A DNA stretch of 64,000 nt from an uncultured Nitrososphaerota archaeon. GTDB lineage: Archaea > Thermoproteota > EX4484-205 > JAAOZP01. The stretch spans positions 8,830 to 72,829 of the forward strand of contig CAZTSG010000001.1 of the NCBI GenBank assembly GCA_964616835.1. The letters are read 5' to 3'. Every line of letters begins with the position of its first letter. Position 1 is the first letter of the stretch. This document shows, in pieces, positions 8,912-17,482 of this stretch. The notes below the pieces were generated by a model that saw only the letters and a list, made by a program, of their open reading frames with translations, did no database searches and was not told the DNA's origin. The position numbers and the translations under genes were made by a program.

Positions 8912-11527
8912 CTAAGCTACGGGGCATATGCTCCATCCGCAGTCTAGGCAGTGGAGGCATCCCCCCTCCTTAACAAGCCTCCTGCTGCCACAGTTGGGAC
9001 ACTGAGTGTATGTGTCAGTGCTCTCACTCCTGTCGAGAATCAGAACAGGTTTCTCAATACTAGTCACTGCCCTGGATGACATGCTGCTCGAGGTTTCTTC
9101 AAACCCTTTAATTTCGACTCCAAGCGATTTGGCAAGCTCTATCGTAGAGTTGCTGACTATCCTAGCATATTCCCCCGACTTAGAGGATGGTGCTACTAAC
9201 ACCTGCGAGGGGAGAGACCCCTCCCTATATATCGTAACGCCTTTCACACCCATTGCATGTGCCAGCATGAATGCTTTCTGAACGTCCTCCACAGTAACCC
9301 AGCTAGGCATGTTTATTGTTTTGCTTACTGCAGCACATATCCACTTAGTGAACTCTGCCTGCGCCCTAACGTGATCCCACCACGGTATGTCGTAGGCTAC
9401 TAGGAAGACTCTTGTTAACTCGCCGGGTAGGTCTAGTCCTATGAGCGAACCTCCGTTGTCTGAAACCATTTTAAGAACCCTCTCATCATACAGACCGTTC
9501 TCTCTTAGTGCTTTCTCAAACTCGACGTCAACATAGTAGAAGGTTCCTACAGTAACCCTTTTCTCATATATGAGTGCGAACTGCGGTTCTATTCCTGAAG
9601 AAACGTCTACTAGCATGGATATGGAGCCTGTTGGCGCTATGGTTGTGACTTCAGCATTCCTAATCCCGAACCTAATTATCTCGTGCTGTAGCTCGCGCCA
9701 CGGAAGGGTCTGCCAATCCTCATGGTAGAATCCCTCAATAGGCATCCCGCCTTCGGGGTATGAAGAGTTGGGGTACAGGGGAAACGGGCCGCGCTCCTTA
9801 GAGAGTTGACATGATTCCTTCATAGCGTGGAAAGTCAAGTGTTCCGCGATCCTGTTCATCATCCTGAAGCCTTCCTCACTGTTATACGGTATTCTGAGCG
9901 CGAAAAGCGTGTCTGCAAGACCCATGACTCCGAGGCCGACTTTCCTCGTCAGCTTTGTCTCACGTTCTATCTCCGGTATTGGAAACTTGTTAACATCTAT
10001 AACGTTGTCAAGAAACCTTAATGCAATTCTAATCGTTCTATCATATTCATCCCAATCAAAATACGTCTTTCCTCCTTCGTTTCTTATGAAAGCGTAGAGG
10101 TTTACTGAACCAAGGTTGCATGACTCATAAGGATACAATGGCTCTTCTCCGCAGGGGTTTGTCGATTTTATTAGCCCCTTATGCTTTGCAAGAATGTTTC
10201 TCCTGTTAATATTGTCGAGGAATACGACTCCAGGGTCTCCGGTTCTCCAAGCCATTTCAGCAATCTTCCAGAAGATATCGCGCGCATCCATGGTTTTCCA
10301 AACACTGCCGTTTCTAGGGTTTACCAACGGGTATTTGCCATCCTTCTTCAGATAATCCCAGAATTCTTCTTTAATCATAACGGATATGTTGAAGTTCTCT
10401 AGTCTTCCCCGCTCAGACTTTGACGTTATGAAAGCCTCTATGTCGGGATGGTCTATTTCCAGGATCCCCATGTTGGCTCCTCTTCTCTTTCCCCCCTGCT
10501 TCACAACTTCGGTAACAGTGTCTATTATCCTCATGAAGGAGACTGGGCCGCTTGCAACGCCGGAGGTGCTTGAAACAATGTCCCCAGCTGGCCTTAGCTT
10601 AGAGTAGTTTATCCCCACTCCACCGCCTGATTTGAAGATTATAGCTGCCTGAGTGGCTGCGTTCATTATGGATTCAATATTATCATCTATATCTAGGACG
10701 AAGCATGCTGAAAGCTGACCCAGCCTTGTCCCCGCATTGAAGAGCGTGGGCGAGTTAGGCATAAACCTTTTAGAGACCATGAGACTATAATATGCTTGAA
10801 AATTCTCGTAATAGTTGTCGAACTCGCCTGAGCTCAGCATCTTCAGGAAATCGCTCCAAGAAACCCTCATTCTACCCTGTGAGTTAAGCTCGTCGTAAAG
10901 CGTCTTCATACGCTCCAAATGATGCTCGTTCCAAGTTACGGAATAGCCCCCGCCACTCTTCCCGAGACCCAGCTTTCCAGCATAAGACTTGGCGTCGAAA
11001 TCCTCCTTTGGGAAAACGGGCAAACCCCCCTCCTTGTGGAAAACCCTCGGATCATAGAGTATATCCGGTATTACTATGGTCATCGCAACCCTCTGAAACA
11101 TCTGCTTAGGAGTTTCTATCAGCCTCCCGTTCTCATCCTTGAGCAGGTAGCGGTTGACCATGAGCCTGAGAGCGTTTACTGAGAACTCTTTCTCAACCTC
11201 GTCTATGAAATCCTTCTGGAGGAGCGCCTTCTTCTCCTCCCTTATACGCTCCCTCTCCTTCCTGTAGAGAATATACGCTTTAGCAACCTCGTAAAGGTCG
11301 AATTTCACGAGAGCAAGTTCAACAACATCCTGTATCTCTTCAACATGGGGAATCTTCCCTTCTTCATACTTCTTGCTTAGAACTTCAAGAACATAGTTGA
11401 CAACCTTATCCAATACCTTCTCATCATACTGTTTCACGCTCACCATGGCTTTCATAACAGCATTCCTAATTCTCTCAGGATTGAAATCAACAATCCTACC
11501 GTCCCTCTTCACAACCTTCTTATCCAT
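8912..11527 (-). CDS. nrdJ: class II (adenosylcobalamin-dependent) ribonucleoside reductase with N-terminal ATP-cone and C-terminal zinc ribbon
   Basis: 871 aa. ATP-cone VVKRDGRIVDFNPERIRNAV. Active-site region STNPCGEEPLY ... CNLGS. C-terminal CPNCG...CLHCLDCG zinc ribbon. No intein-sized insertion. Confidence 0.8.
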   Translation of the reverse strand: MDKKVVKRDGRIVDFNPERIRNAVMKAMVSVKQYDEKVLDKVVNYVLEVLSKKYEEGKIPHVEEIQDVVELALVKFDLYEVAKAYILYRKERERIREEKKALLQKDFIDEVEKEFSVNALRLMVNRYLLKDENGRLIETPKQMFQRVAMTIVIPDILYDPRVFHKEGGLPVFPKEDFDAKSYAGKLGLGKSGGGYSVTWNEHHLERMKTLYDELNSQGRMRVSWSDFLKMLSSGEFDNYYENFQAYYSLMVSKRFMPNSPTLFNAGTRLGQLSACFVLDIDDNIESIMNAATQAAIIFKSGGGVGINYSKLRPAGDIVSSTSGVASGPVSFMRIIDTVTEVVKQGGKRRGANMGILEIDHPDIEAFITSKSERGRLENFNISVMIKEEFWDYLKKDGKYPLVNPRNGSVWKTMDARDIFWKIAEMAWRTGDPGVVFLDNINRRNILAKHKGLIKSTNPCGEEPLYPYESCNLGSVNLYAFIRNEGGKTYFDWDEYDRTIRIALRFLDNVIDVNKFPIPEIERETKLTRKVGLGVMGLADTLFALRIPYNSEEGFRMMNRIAEHLTFHAMKESCQLSKERGPFPLYPNSSYPEGGMPIEGFYHEDWQTLPWRELQHEIIRFGIRNAEVTTIAPTGSISMLVDVSSGIEPQFALIYEKRVTVGTFYYVDVEFEKALRENGLYDERVLKMVSDNGGSLIGLDLPGELTRVFLVAYDIPWWDHVRAQAEFTKWICAAVSKTINMPSWVTVEDVQKAFMLAHAMGVKGVTIYREGSLPSQVLVAPSSKSGEYARIVSNSTIELAKSLGVEIKGFEETSSSMSSRAVTSIEKPVLILDRSESTDTYTQCPNCGSRRLVKEGGCLHCLDCGWSICPVA

Positions 11528-11607
11528 ACTGGTTCTCTAAACACATTCAAAGTATTATAAGGATTAAGCGAAATAAGAATAGAAGACTCGTTTACCAAAT
11601 GAGAAAG

Positions 11608-11694
11608 CGTCGGGGGCGGGATTTGAACCCGCACGGCGCGTGGGCGCCACTGGCTTAGCAGGCCAGCGCCTTAACCAGGTTTGGCTACCCCGAC
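11608..11694 (-). tRNA. tRNA-Ser (anticodon GCU)
   Basis: The reverse complement folds with acceptor GTCGGGG/CCCCGAC, a D-arm, an anticodon stem CTGGC/GCCAG with loop CTGCTAA, a long variable arm and T-arm GCGGG-TTCAAAT-CCCGC. Confidence 0.8.
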
Positions 11695-11893
11695 TCATTA
11701 GATGAGAACGATTCGTGGCTAAATAAAGATTTTCCTAAGCGTGTGGGAGGAGGGAAAGCAGTGTTAAGAGAGTGACTGCTTGCTCTACTAGCGGAAACAC
11801 GAGTTTGAAATATAGCGTATACGTTACAGATGCTTAAGGGTTGGCATAATGCTTAATTATGCTTAGAGCACCTATACTACTGGTGAATAGAAA

Positions 11894-12244
11894 ATGAGCT
11901 TGGAATCATTATTAATACAGATTATAGTTGAAACCATAGTTGTTGCTCCGGTTCTGTGGATTGCTGGGAGGATTATGGTGGGGGAGAAGAAGGCTAAGTT
12001 CACAGACGCTGTTTGGATCGTCGTCCTAGGTGTTATTCTGGGTGCGGTTATAGGTGCTTTCCTACACGGCTTAGTAGCGCGCGCGCTTATCAGTTTCATA
12101 GTTTGGCTGGCTTTGATCAAGCATTTCTTCGACTGCGGCTGGTTGAAGGCTTTCGTCATAGCTGTTTTCGCAGCGATACTCTTCGTAATCATAGCTGTAA
12201 TAATAGGAGTAATACTTGGAGTTGCATTGATTGCACTACTATAA
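11894..12244 (+). CDS. small hydrophobic membrane protein (hypothetical)
   Basis: 116 aa, almost entirely hydrophobic, three to four predicted TM helices. Confidence 0.35.
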   Translation: MSLESLLIQIIVETIVVAPVLWIAGRIMVGEKKAKFTDAVWIVVLGVILGAVIGAFLHGLVARALISFIVWLALIKHFFDCGWLKAFVIAVFAAILFVIIAVIIGVILGVALIALL

Positions 12245-12273
12245 GTATGTGCTCGATCCTTTTTACATGGTTC

Positions 12274-12672
12274 TTATCCCAGTAAGACTATAATCTCTAC
12301 TTCATCGCCATCACTGAGATTGAGTTTTTTGCGCAGATTTATTGGCGCTATTATTTCCACGATGTCTCTAGGATAAGATGGGACTTGAGGGATTACGATT
12401 GCACCCTCGACCTTGCCAGCTACTACTGCTTTGAAGCATTTTCCAGGGTAGAAGCCTTCTCTAGGAACTATTTCTATCCCGTGGTAACTGTCTAGTATTT
12501 CCCTTACGGCTCTAAACTCTGGAGGCAGTTGAATGTTAAGAGTTCCAGGATACGGTTTGAACCCCAGTTTTTCTACGAATTGATCCATAGCCCAAGGGAT
12601 GCTTACGAAAAAACTTCCCCTACTTTTGCCGCTGAAAACAATACCTTCCAAAATTATCTGATTCTTGGTCAT
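12274..12672 (-). CDS. ribK: CTP-dependent riboflavin kinase, archaeal type (stand-alone kinase domain)
   Basis: Archaeal RibK signature GFKPYPGTLNIQL. 132 aa. Overlaps the upstream xylanase gene by 4 nt (ATGA). Confidence 0.65.
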   Translation of the reverse strand: MTKNQIILEGIVFSGKSRGSFFVSIPWAMDQFVEKLGFKPYPGTLNIQLPPEFRAVREILDSYHGIEIVPREGFYPGKCFKAVVAGKVEGAIVIPQVPSYPRDIVEIIAPINLRKKLNLSDGDEVEIIVLLG

Positions 12673-13790
12673 CGGATTGTACCTATTTTTTCCAGCATGG
12701 CTTCGATTAAGGCGTAGTACGCCGGCTTAGGATTGTAGTTCTCGTCGAAAATTAGGGCTGCGCCATATCCTGGGAAAGCATGGGGTACCCAAGAATGTTT
12801 GTCTGTGAAGCCCCACATGATGAAGGCCTGTGGGCTATCGCTGTCCAAATACGCTTTGAAGATCTTCTTATATATTTCTGCCTGTTTAGTAAGTTCTTCT
12901 TCTGAAACAGGGAGCCTAATAGCGACATCCATCTCCGTTATCTCCACCTTTAGGCCGAGCTCTCTGAACCTCCTTATATTCTCTGCAATGCTTTGAGGAT
13001 CAGGGTGCCATTCAACTCTGATATGCATCTGCAATCCTATTCCATGTATTGGAACCCCTTTTTCCAGAAGGTTCTTAATCAAGTTGTATATTGCGTTGGA
13101 CTTCCTGTTTATGCCTTCTGCACCATAATCGTTATAGAAGAGCAATGCATTAGGGTCAGCTTCATGCGCCCACCTGAAGGCGAGCTCAATGTATTCTGGG
13201 CCTATGTTTCTAAGCCAGACAGTATCTCTTAAAGTACCATCGTCGTTGAAAGCCTCGTTAACAACATCCCAAGCATATATCTTGCCCCGATAGTATCCGA
13301 CAACCGTGAAAATATGGTCTCGAAGAATATTAATCCACCCCTCCCTTGTAAAATTCCCGTTAACCACCCAATCCGGTAGCTGATTGTGCCAGACAAGAGT
13401 GTGACCACGAACCTTCATTCCATGTTCCTCGGCGAATGAAACTATTGAATCTGCCATCGAAAAATCATAAACCATCCTATGGGGATGAATCATATAAAAC
13501 TTCATCTCGTTCTCTGGAGTAATAACATTAAATTCACGAGCGAGAATGCTTGCATACTTTTCCTCGCTCAAGGGGAAATAGCTTACGGCCGTTCCAATCA
13601 TTATGCCGCAAGACTCAGCGAGCTCTCTCAAAGTATGGTTTTGAAACAAGGAATAATCATGGTTCGCCATATCCTCGTTATTTTTCACCTTCGTTTTAAA
13701 CACCTGCCAGATTATGAAGGAGGCTAAAATAAGCATTGTTGTTCCGAAGATTACCGCAGTTTTCAATCTGCCTGTTTGCAACCTGTCCAT
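12669..13790 (-). CDS. glycoside hydrolase family 10 endo-1,4-beta-xylanase, N-terminal membrane anchor/signal
   Basis: GH10 motifs GHTLVWHNQLPDWV, acid/base WDVVNEA and nucleophile motif EITEMD. N-terminal hydrophobic segment MLILASFIIWQVF. 373 aa. Confidence 0.8.
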   Translation of the reverse strand: MDRLQTGRLKTAVIFGTTMLILASFIIWQVFKTKVKNNEDMANHDYSLFQNHTLRELAESCGIMIGTAVSYFPLSEEKYASILAREFNVITPENEMKFYMIHPHRMVYDFSMADSIVSFAEEHGMKVRGHTLVWHNQLPDWVVNGNFTREGWINILRDHIFTVVGYYRGKIYAWDVVNEAFNDDGTLRDTVWLRNIGPEYIELAFRWAHEADPNALLFYNDYGAEGINRKSNAIYNLIKNLLEKGVPIHGIGLQMHIRVEWHPDPQSIAENIRRFRELGLKVEITEMDVAIRLPVSEEELTKQAEIYKKIFKAYLDSDSPQAFIMWGFTDKHSWVPHAFPGYGAALIFDENYNPKPAYYALIEAMLEKIGTIR

Positions 13791-13821
13791 GGAGATTAGA
13801 GCTCAATATTTTTAAGACTTT

Positions 13822-14268
13822 ATGGCTTGGGAAAGTCCGGGGAATATTCTTACGCAAATATTCATAACACTAGTAATGATTACATTCGGCTACCCAGTAT
13901 TCGGAGTAGTTGCAATACCTGATGTACCCGCCATAATTATAATACTTGCAGGGGGTGGCGGCGTTCTCCGGGCTGGGCATGATATTCGGCGGGTCTTCAA
14001 AAACGTTGAAGCCTCATCCGCTCTCGGTAATGCCGTTGCGTTTCCCATGATGTTTCTCTCAGGGTCCTTCTGGTCTGTTGAAATAATGCCTCCCATACTA
14101 CAGTCGCTTGCAAAAATCATGCCTCTAACATACTTCTTCAACGCGCTTCGGAGTGCCATAATATACAAGGAGCCACTAAATGCCTTATACAACCTTGCAA
14201 TACTACCGGTGTTAGCAGTAGTCTTCATCACTATCGGAACAATACTCATCAGGTGGGAAGAAGATTAG
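13822..14268 (+). pseudogene. C-terminal fragment of an ABC-2 family permease (probable gene remnant)
   Basis: 148 aa covering only about three TM helices, with an ABC-2 permease-like C-terminal region (FPMMFLSGSFWSVEIMPPILQSL...). No N-terminal half upstream, where the xylanase gene begins. Confidence 0.35.
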
Positions 14269-14370
14269 GACGGTGCTAATACCAGTGTCAGCTACAAGTT
14301 GAAGCTGCAACAGCCTCTACGTAGACCAAGATGGGAATAGGCCTTCTCCTCCTTAATCCCGAATTAATGC

Positions 14371-14443
14371 GGGCCCGGAGGGATTTGAACCCTCGGCCAT
14401 CAGGTTAAGAGCCTGCCGCTCTACCATGCTGAGCTACGGGCCC
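14371..14443 (-). tRNA. tRNA-Lys (anticodon CUU)
   Basis: The reverse complement gives GGGCCCG-TA-GCTC-AGCATGGTA-GAGC, anticodon loop CTCTTAA and T-arm GAGGG-TTCAAAT-CCCTC with acceptor CGGGCCC. One non-Watson-Crick 27-43 pair. Confidence 0.75.
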
Positions 14444-14515
14444 TAAGCTTCCTTTTCGCCAGGGATTTTAAAAACTTTTAACTGATGTTCTTCATGGCTC
14501 TGGTGAGAATCCGGT

Positions 14516-14959
14516 ATGGGTAAGAGCGGTAAGATTGTTCTCACCACTGGTGTGTTCGACATCATTCACCCTGGTCACATAAGGTTCTTGGAAGAGGCTA
14601 AGAGGCTGGCCGGCAAGGATGGTAGGCTTATAGTTATCGTCGCCTGCGACAGCGTTGTTAGGAAGAGTAAGGGGAGAAGCCCCATGTTCAGAGCTAGAGA
14701 TAGAGCTCTCATGATTTCTAGGCTTAAGCCTGTTGACGCTGTGTATGTTGGCAGGCGGGGGAGGCTTGAGAAAAACATCTCGTGGTTTCTTAAGAAGATT
14801 AGGCCTGATATTCTTGTGTTCGGCTACGACCAAGAGTCAGTTATGAAGAATACTCTTAAAGTTATGGGTGAGCTTGGGCTTAGAATTAGAGTTGTAAAGA
14901 TGAGAAAGTTCTACGACATCAGCAGTAGCAAGATAATAAGGAGGATTAAGAAATCTTGA
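14516..14959 (+). CDS. ribL: FAD synthetase (FMN adenylyltransferase), archaeal RibL type
   Basis: Cytidylyltransferase fold motif TTGVFDIIHPGHIRFL. 147 aa, the size of archaeal RibL. Divergent from the HTH-RibK gene. Confidence 0.75.
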   Translation: MGKSGKIVLTTGVFDIIHPGHIRFLEEAKRLAGKDGRLIVIVACDSVVRKSKGRSPMFRARDRALMISRLKPVDAVYVGRRGRLEKNISWFLKKIRPDILVFGYDQESVMKNTLKVMGELGLRIRVVKMRKFYDISSSKIIRRIKKS

Positions 14960-14967
14960 GGGGGAGC

Positions 14968-15666
14968 TTATTCACGGGTTGTTGTTTTGAAAAAGAACAT
15001 TACCTTGTCCCCGTCTTCCAACCCCAGTTCCTTCCTCAAGTTGTAGCGTGAGATTATTTCAACCACGGAGCTATCGTATATTGTTCTCAACGCTTTTATC
15101 ACTGCCCCATCGTATTTCTCGTTTACAACGACCGGGTAGCAATATACCTCTCCAAAAGTTCTCTCCTGGTCTGAGAAGCCGTGTATAACTATGGGTGGCT
15201 TAGACATTTTCTCGGCGAGTATCAACTGGTCCATGTAGTTCTCTATCTTAAGGTTTAGAGTACCCGGATAGGGGTAGAAGCCCAGCCTCGTGTGAAACTG
15301 GTCGAGATAAGGTTTCCTAGAAACGTAGTATGCTCCCTCCCCCAGCCCCGTGAAAACCCTGCCGGTGAAGACATGAGTCACATAGACCTTGTTTACTATC
15401 GACATTATCGACCCAACGTGGAGCTTAATCTGGTTAATACCCTTGTCTGAGAGCCTTACCACTCTCCCTTTGGGGGACATCATTGTCTCAATCAGCTTCT
15501 CTTTTTCAAGCTCCTTCAGGTACCTAGAAGCTGATTGGTGCGAAACGTCAATAGCCTTGGACAATTCTCTAGTGGAGATGTAGGTCTTGCCTTCTTGTAT
15601 CAGCTTGGCGATTGCAAGCAGCATATATGTCTTCTTATACTCTTTCATCTTATACTTTTCCGACAT
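14968..15666 (-). CDS. ribK: HTH transcriptional regulator fused to CTP-dependent riboflavin kinase (COG1339-type riboflavin/FAD operon regulator)
   Basis: N-terminal HTH (ISTRELSKAIDVSHQSASRYLKELE) plus a C-terminal RibK domain with GFYPYPGTLNLKI. 232 aa. Confidence 0.75.
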   Translation of the reverse strand: MSEKYKMKEYKKTYMLLAIAKLIQEGKTYISTRELSKAIDVSHQSASRYLKELEKEKLIETMMSPKGRVVRLSDKGINQIKLHVGSIMSIVNKVYVTHVFTGRVFTGLGEGAYYVSRKPYLDQFHTRLGFYPYPGTLNLKIENYMDQLILAEKMSKPPIVIHGFSDQERTFGEVYCYPVVVNEKYDGAVIKALRTIYDSSVVEIISRYNLRKELGLEDGDKVMFFFKTTTRE

Positions 15667-16294
15667 CTCCAGTAATTGCCTCCAGCATCTTCACGGAGAG
15701 CCTGTGCGCCACCTCCAGTGGAATAGGCAGTTTGAAACCCTCCGGCGTAATTCTTCTTAGAACGCTATACGCTCCTTCGAGAGTAATCATGTTGCCAACA
15801 CTGTAATAAAACTTGTCCTTAAACATCCTTAAATTGTTAACGTTATGCTCCGCCTCAAGCCCTCCTAAGGGTTTCTTCGCGATACCTATCGTCGGCTTCT
15901 TAAGAATAACCCCCAAATAGGTTGCAAGACCACACTTCCTCGGATGCGCTAGACCATGACCGTTGACTATGAGGACATCATACTCGTCGATGAATTTCCT
16001 AAGCGTTTTGAGAACCACAGGCCCCTCTCTGAAGGAGAGGAGGGTTGAAACATAGGGCATTTTAACAAGCGTCCTTGAAACGCTTAAGAGCACTATGTTC
16101 TCCTTCGAAGCGTCAAATACTGAAAACCCGACTGCTGCAGATTCCCCTTTGTAAGAAGCATCCACTCCGCCAATCCTCTGGATTTTCTCCAATGATTCAT
16201 CAGAGACTGAAACCTTCTTCGAGAGGAGTTCCTGAATCCTGCAAAGCCTGTGGTAAAGAGACTGGTCTATCCCGTGGTTACGGGCTGCACACAT
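15650..16294 (-). CDS. nfi: endonuclease V
   Basis: Motifs GGVDASY and LSFREGP, matching Endo V catalytic signatures. 214 aa. Confidence 0.7.
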   Translation of the reverse strand: MCAARNHGIDQSLYHRLCRIQELLSKKVSVSDESLEKIQRIGGVDASYKGESAAVGFSVFDASKENIVLLSVSRTLVKMPYVSTLLSFREGPVVLKTLRKFIDEYDVLIVNGHGLAHPRKCGLATYLGVILKKPTIGIAKKPLGGLEAEHNVNNLRMFKDKFYYSVGNMITLEGAYSVLRRITPEGFKLPIPLEVAHRLSVKMLEAITGDVGKV

Positions 16295-16296
16295 TT

Positions 16297-16932
16297 CTAG
16301 AGCTTTTCTAAACGTTTTTCCATCGAGGATAGGAAGGCTTTTCTTCTAAGCTCCTCGTTCAGGATGGTGAAGGCTGATTCCACCGAGGCCCTGTTAACAT
16401 CTATCTTCCTCTTGAACCCGGGTAATACTGCGTCTCCCAGCGCTATCGTCGAGATGTTTTCATAGAGCTGGGTCATCATGCTGTATGTTTCCTCAGCCTC
16501 GTCCAACTGCCCCCTCCTGAGCTTCTCCATCATCACCCTCTTCAGCTCCCCTATAAGATCCGATGCTGCGTACAGTATCGAAGCCGGAGGAGGTCTTACC
16601 CTCAGCCTATATTCTTTTCCAGAGGCGAACCAGTATATGAATACGGCTTCCAGAAGCTCTTGGTATGTCTGCACTATCGGCGGCCAAGTATTGTAAACCC
16701 CCTTCTTAGAAGCTGTCTTCACGATCCTACCTATTTCACGCTGTACTTCGTCAAGCAGCTTCTTCGCAGCCTTAAAATCCTGAGCGTAGGATGCTTTAAC
16801 CGATTGCCTACACTTCTTCAAGACCACGCTTATATCCTTGAGGAGCTCGTACTTCGCATCCTCCTGTTTCCTAAGGAACTCGTAAGAGTCTTTAACTAGC
16901 AGGTTTATCCTGGTTTGAAAATCCCTCGGCAA
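16297..16932 (-). CDS. hypothetical alpha-helical protein (possibly translin-like)
   Basis: 211 aa, all-helical composition. Size and Glu/Asp spacing are loosely reminiscent of archaeal translin; not verified. Confidence 0.3.
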   Translation of the reverse strand: MPRDFQTRINLLVKDSYEFLRKQEDAKYELLKDISVVLKKCRQSVKASYAQDFKAAKKLLDEVQREIGRIVKTASKKGVYNTWPPIVQTYQELLEAVFIYWFASGKEYRLRVRPPPASILYAASDLIGELKRVMMEKLRRGQLDEAEETYSMMTQLYENISTIALGDAVLPGFKRKIDVNRASVESAFTILNEELRRKAFLSSMEKRLEKL

Positions 16933-16935
16933 GAC

Positions 16936-17136
16936 CTACACTATCCTAGCGGTTCTTTGAAGAGGCTTAGTCTGCCACGTGTATTTCCTAATCTTAGAAG
17001 TCCTTCCGAAACCGCATGCAGCGCAATACTTCTTCCTCACGTTGAAAGACCTTCTCCCGCATCTCCTGCATATCTTGTGAGTCGCCTTCTTATGGAGTCT
17101 TCCAAAGGCTGTTGTGCCAGCCGAGGTCTTACCCAA
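16936..17136 (-). CDS. rpl37e: 50S ribosomal protein L37e
   Basis: 66 aa basic protein with a C4 zinc finger (CRRCGRRSF...CAACG). Forms the conserved L37e-Sm gene pair. Confidence 0.8.
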   Translation of the reverse strand: MGKTSAGTTAFGRLHKKATHKICRRCGRRSFNVRKKYCAACGFGRTSKIRKYTWQTKPLQRTARIV

Positions 17137-17143
17137 TTCTCAA

Positions 17144-17437
17144 CTACCTCTTCTCCTCAGATTTGTACTCGATGGGTGGCGATATCAGTATCACATTGTC
17201 TCCCCTTATCACGATGAGGCCTAGCTTGGTTGTCTCATTACCCTTCAGCTCCTCCGCATCGGACAGGACTATGTTGAGATGAGGATCGTAGCCGTCCAGT
17301 ATGCCACGTATCTTCGCTCCGCCTTTCAGTTTTACTATTATGCTTTTCCCGAGCGATGCTTGAAGCAGCTCCATCGTAGTGTCTGTAGACAATTCCCGAG
17401 GATTCTGTAAACCGCCTAAATAAATCTTTTTCTCCAC
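17144..17437 (-). CDS. Sm-like (LSm/SmAP) RNA-binding protein; true start possibly the internal Met (MELLQ...)
   Basis: Sm1/Sm2 motifs IIVKLKGGAKIRGILDGYDPHLNIVLSDAEE ... IRGDNVILI. Confidence 0.8.
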   Translation of the reverse strand: MEKKIYLGGLQNPRELSTDTTMELLQASLGKSIIVKLKGGAKIRGILDGYDPHLNIVLSDAEELKGNETTKLGLIVIRGDNVILISPPIEYKSEEKR

Positions 17438-17482
17438 TCACAGTGATGGAGGAAGTATGAGTAATATCGAGCAGCTCTCGTT

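Noticed and set aside
8912-11527. Possible intein in the RNR (also considered for PolB, 50013-52466)
   Set aside because: Inteins are common in archaeal RNR and PolB, but lengths of 871 aa and 817 aa and the continuous catalytic motifs leave no room for an intein-sized insertion.
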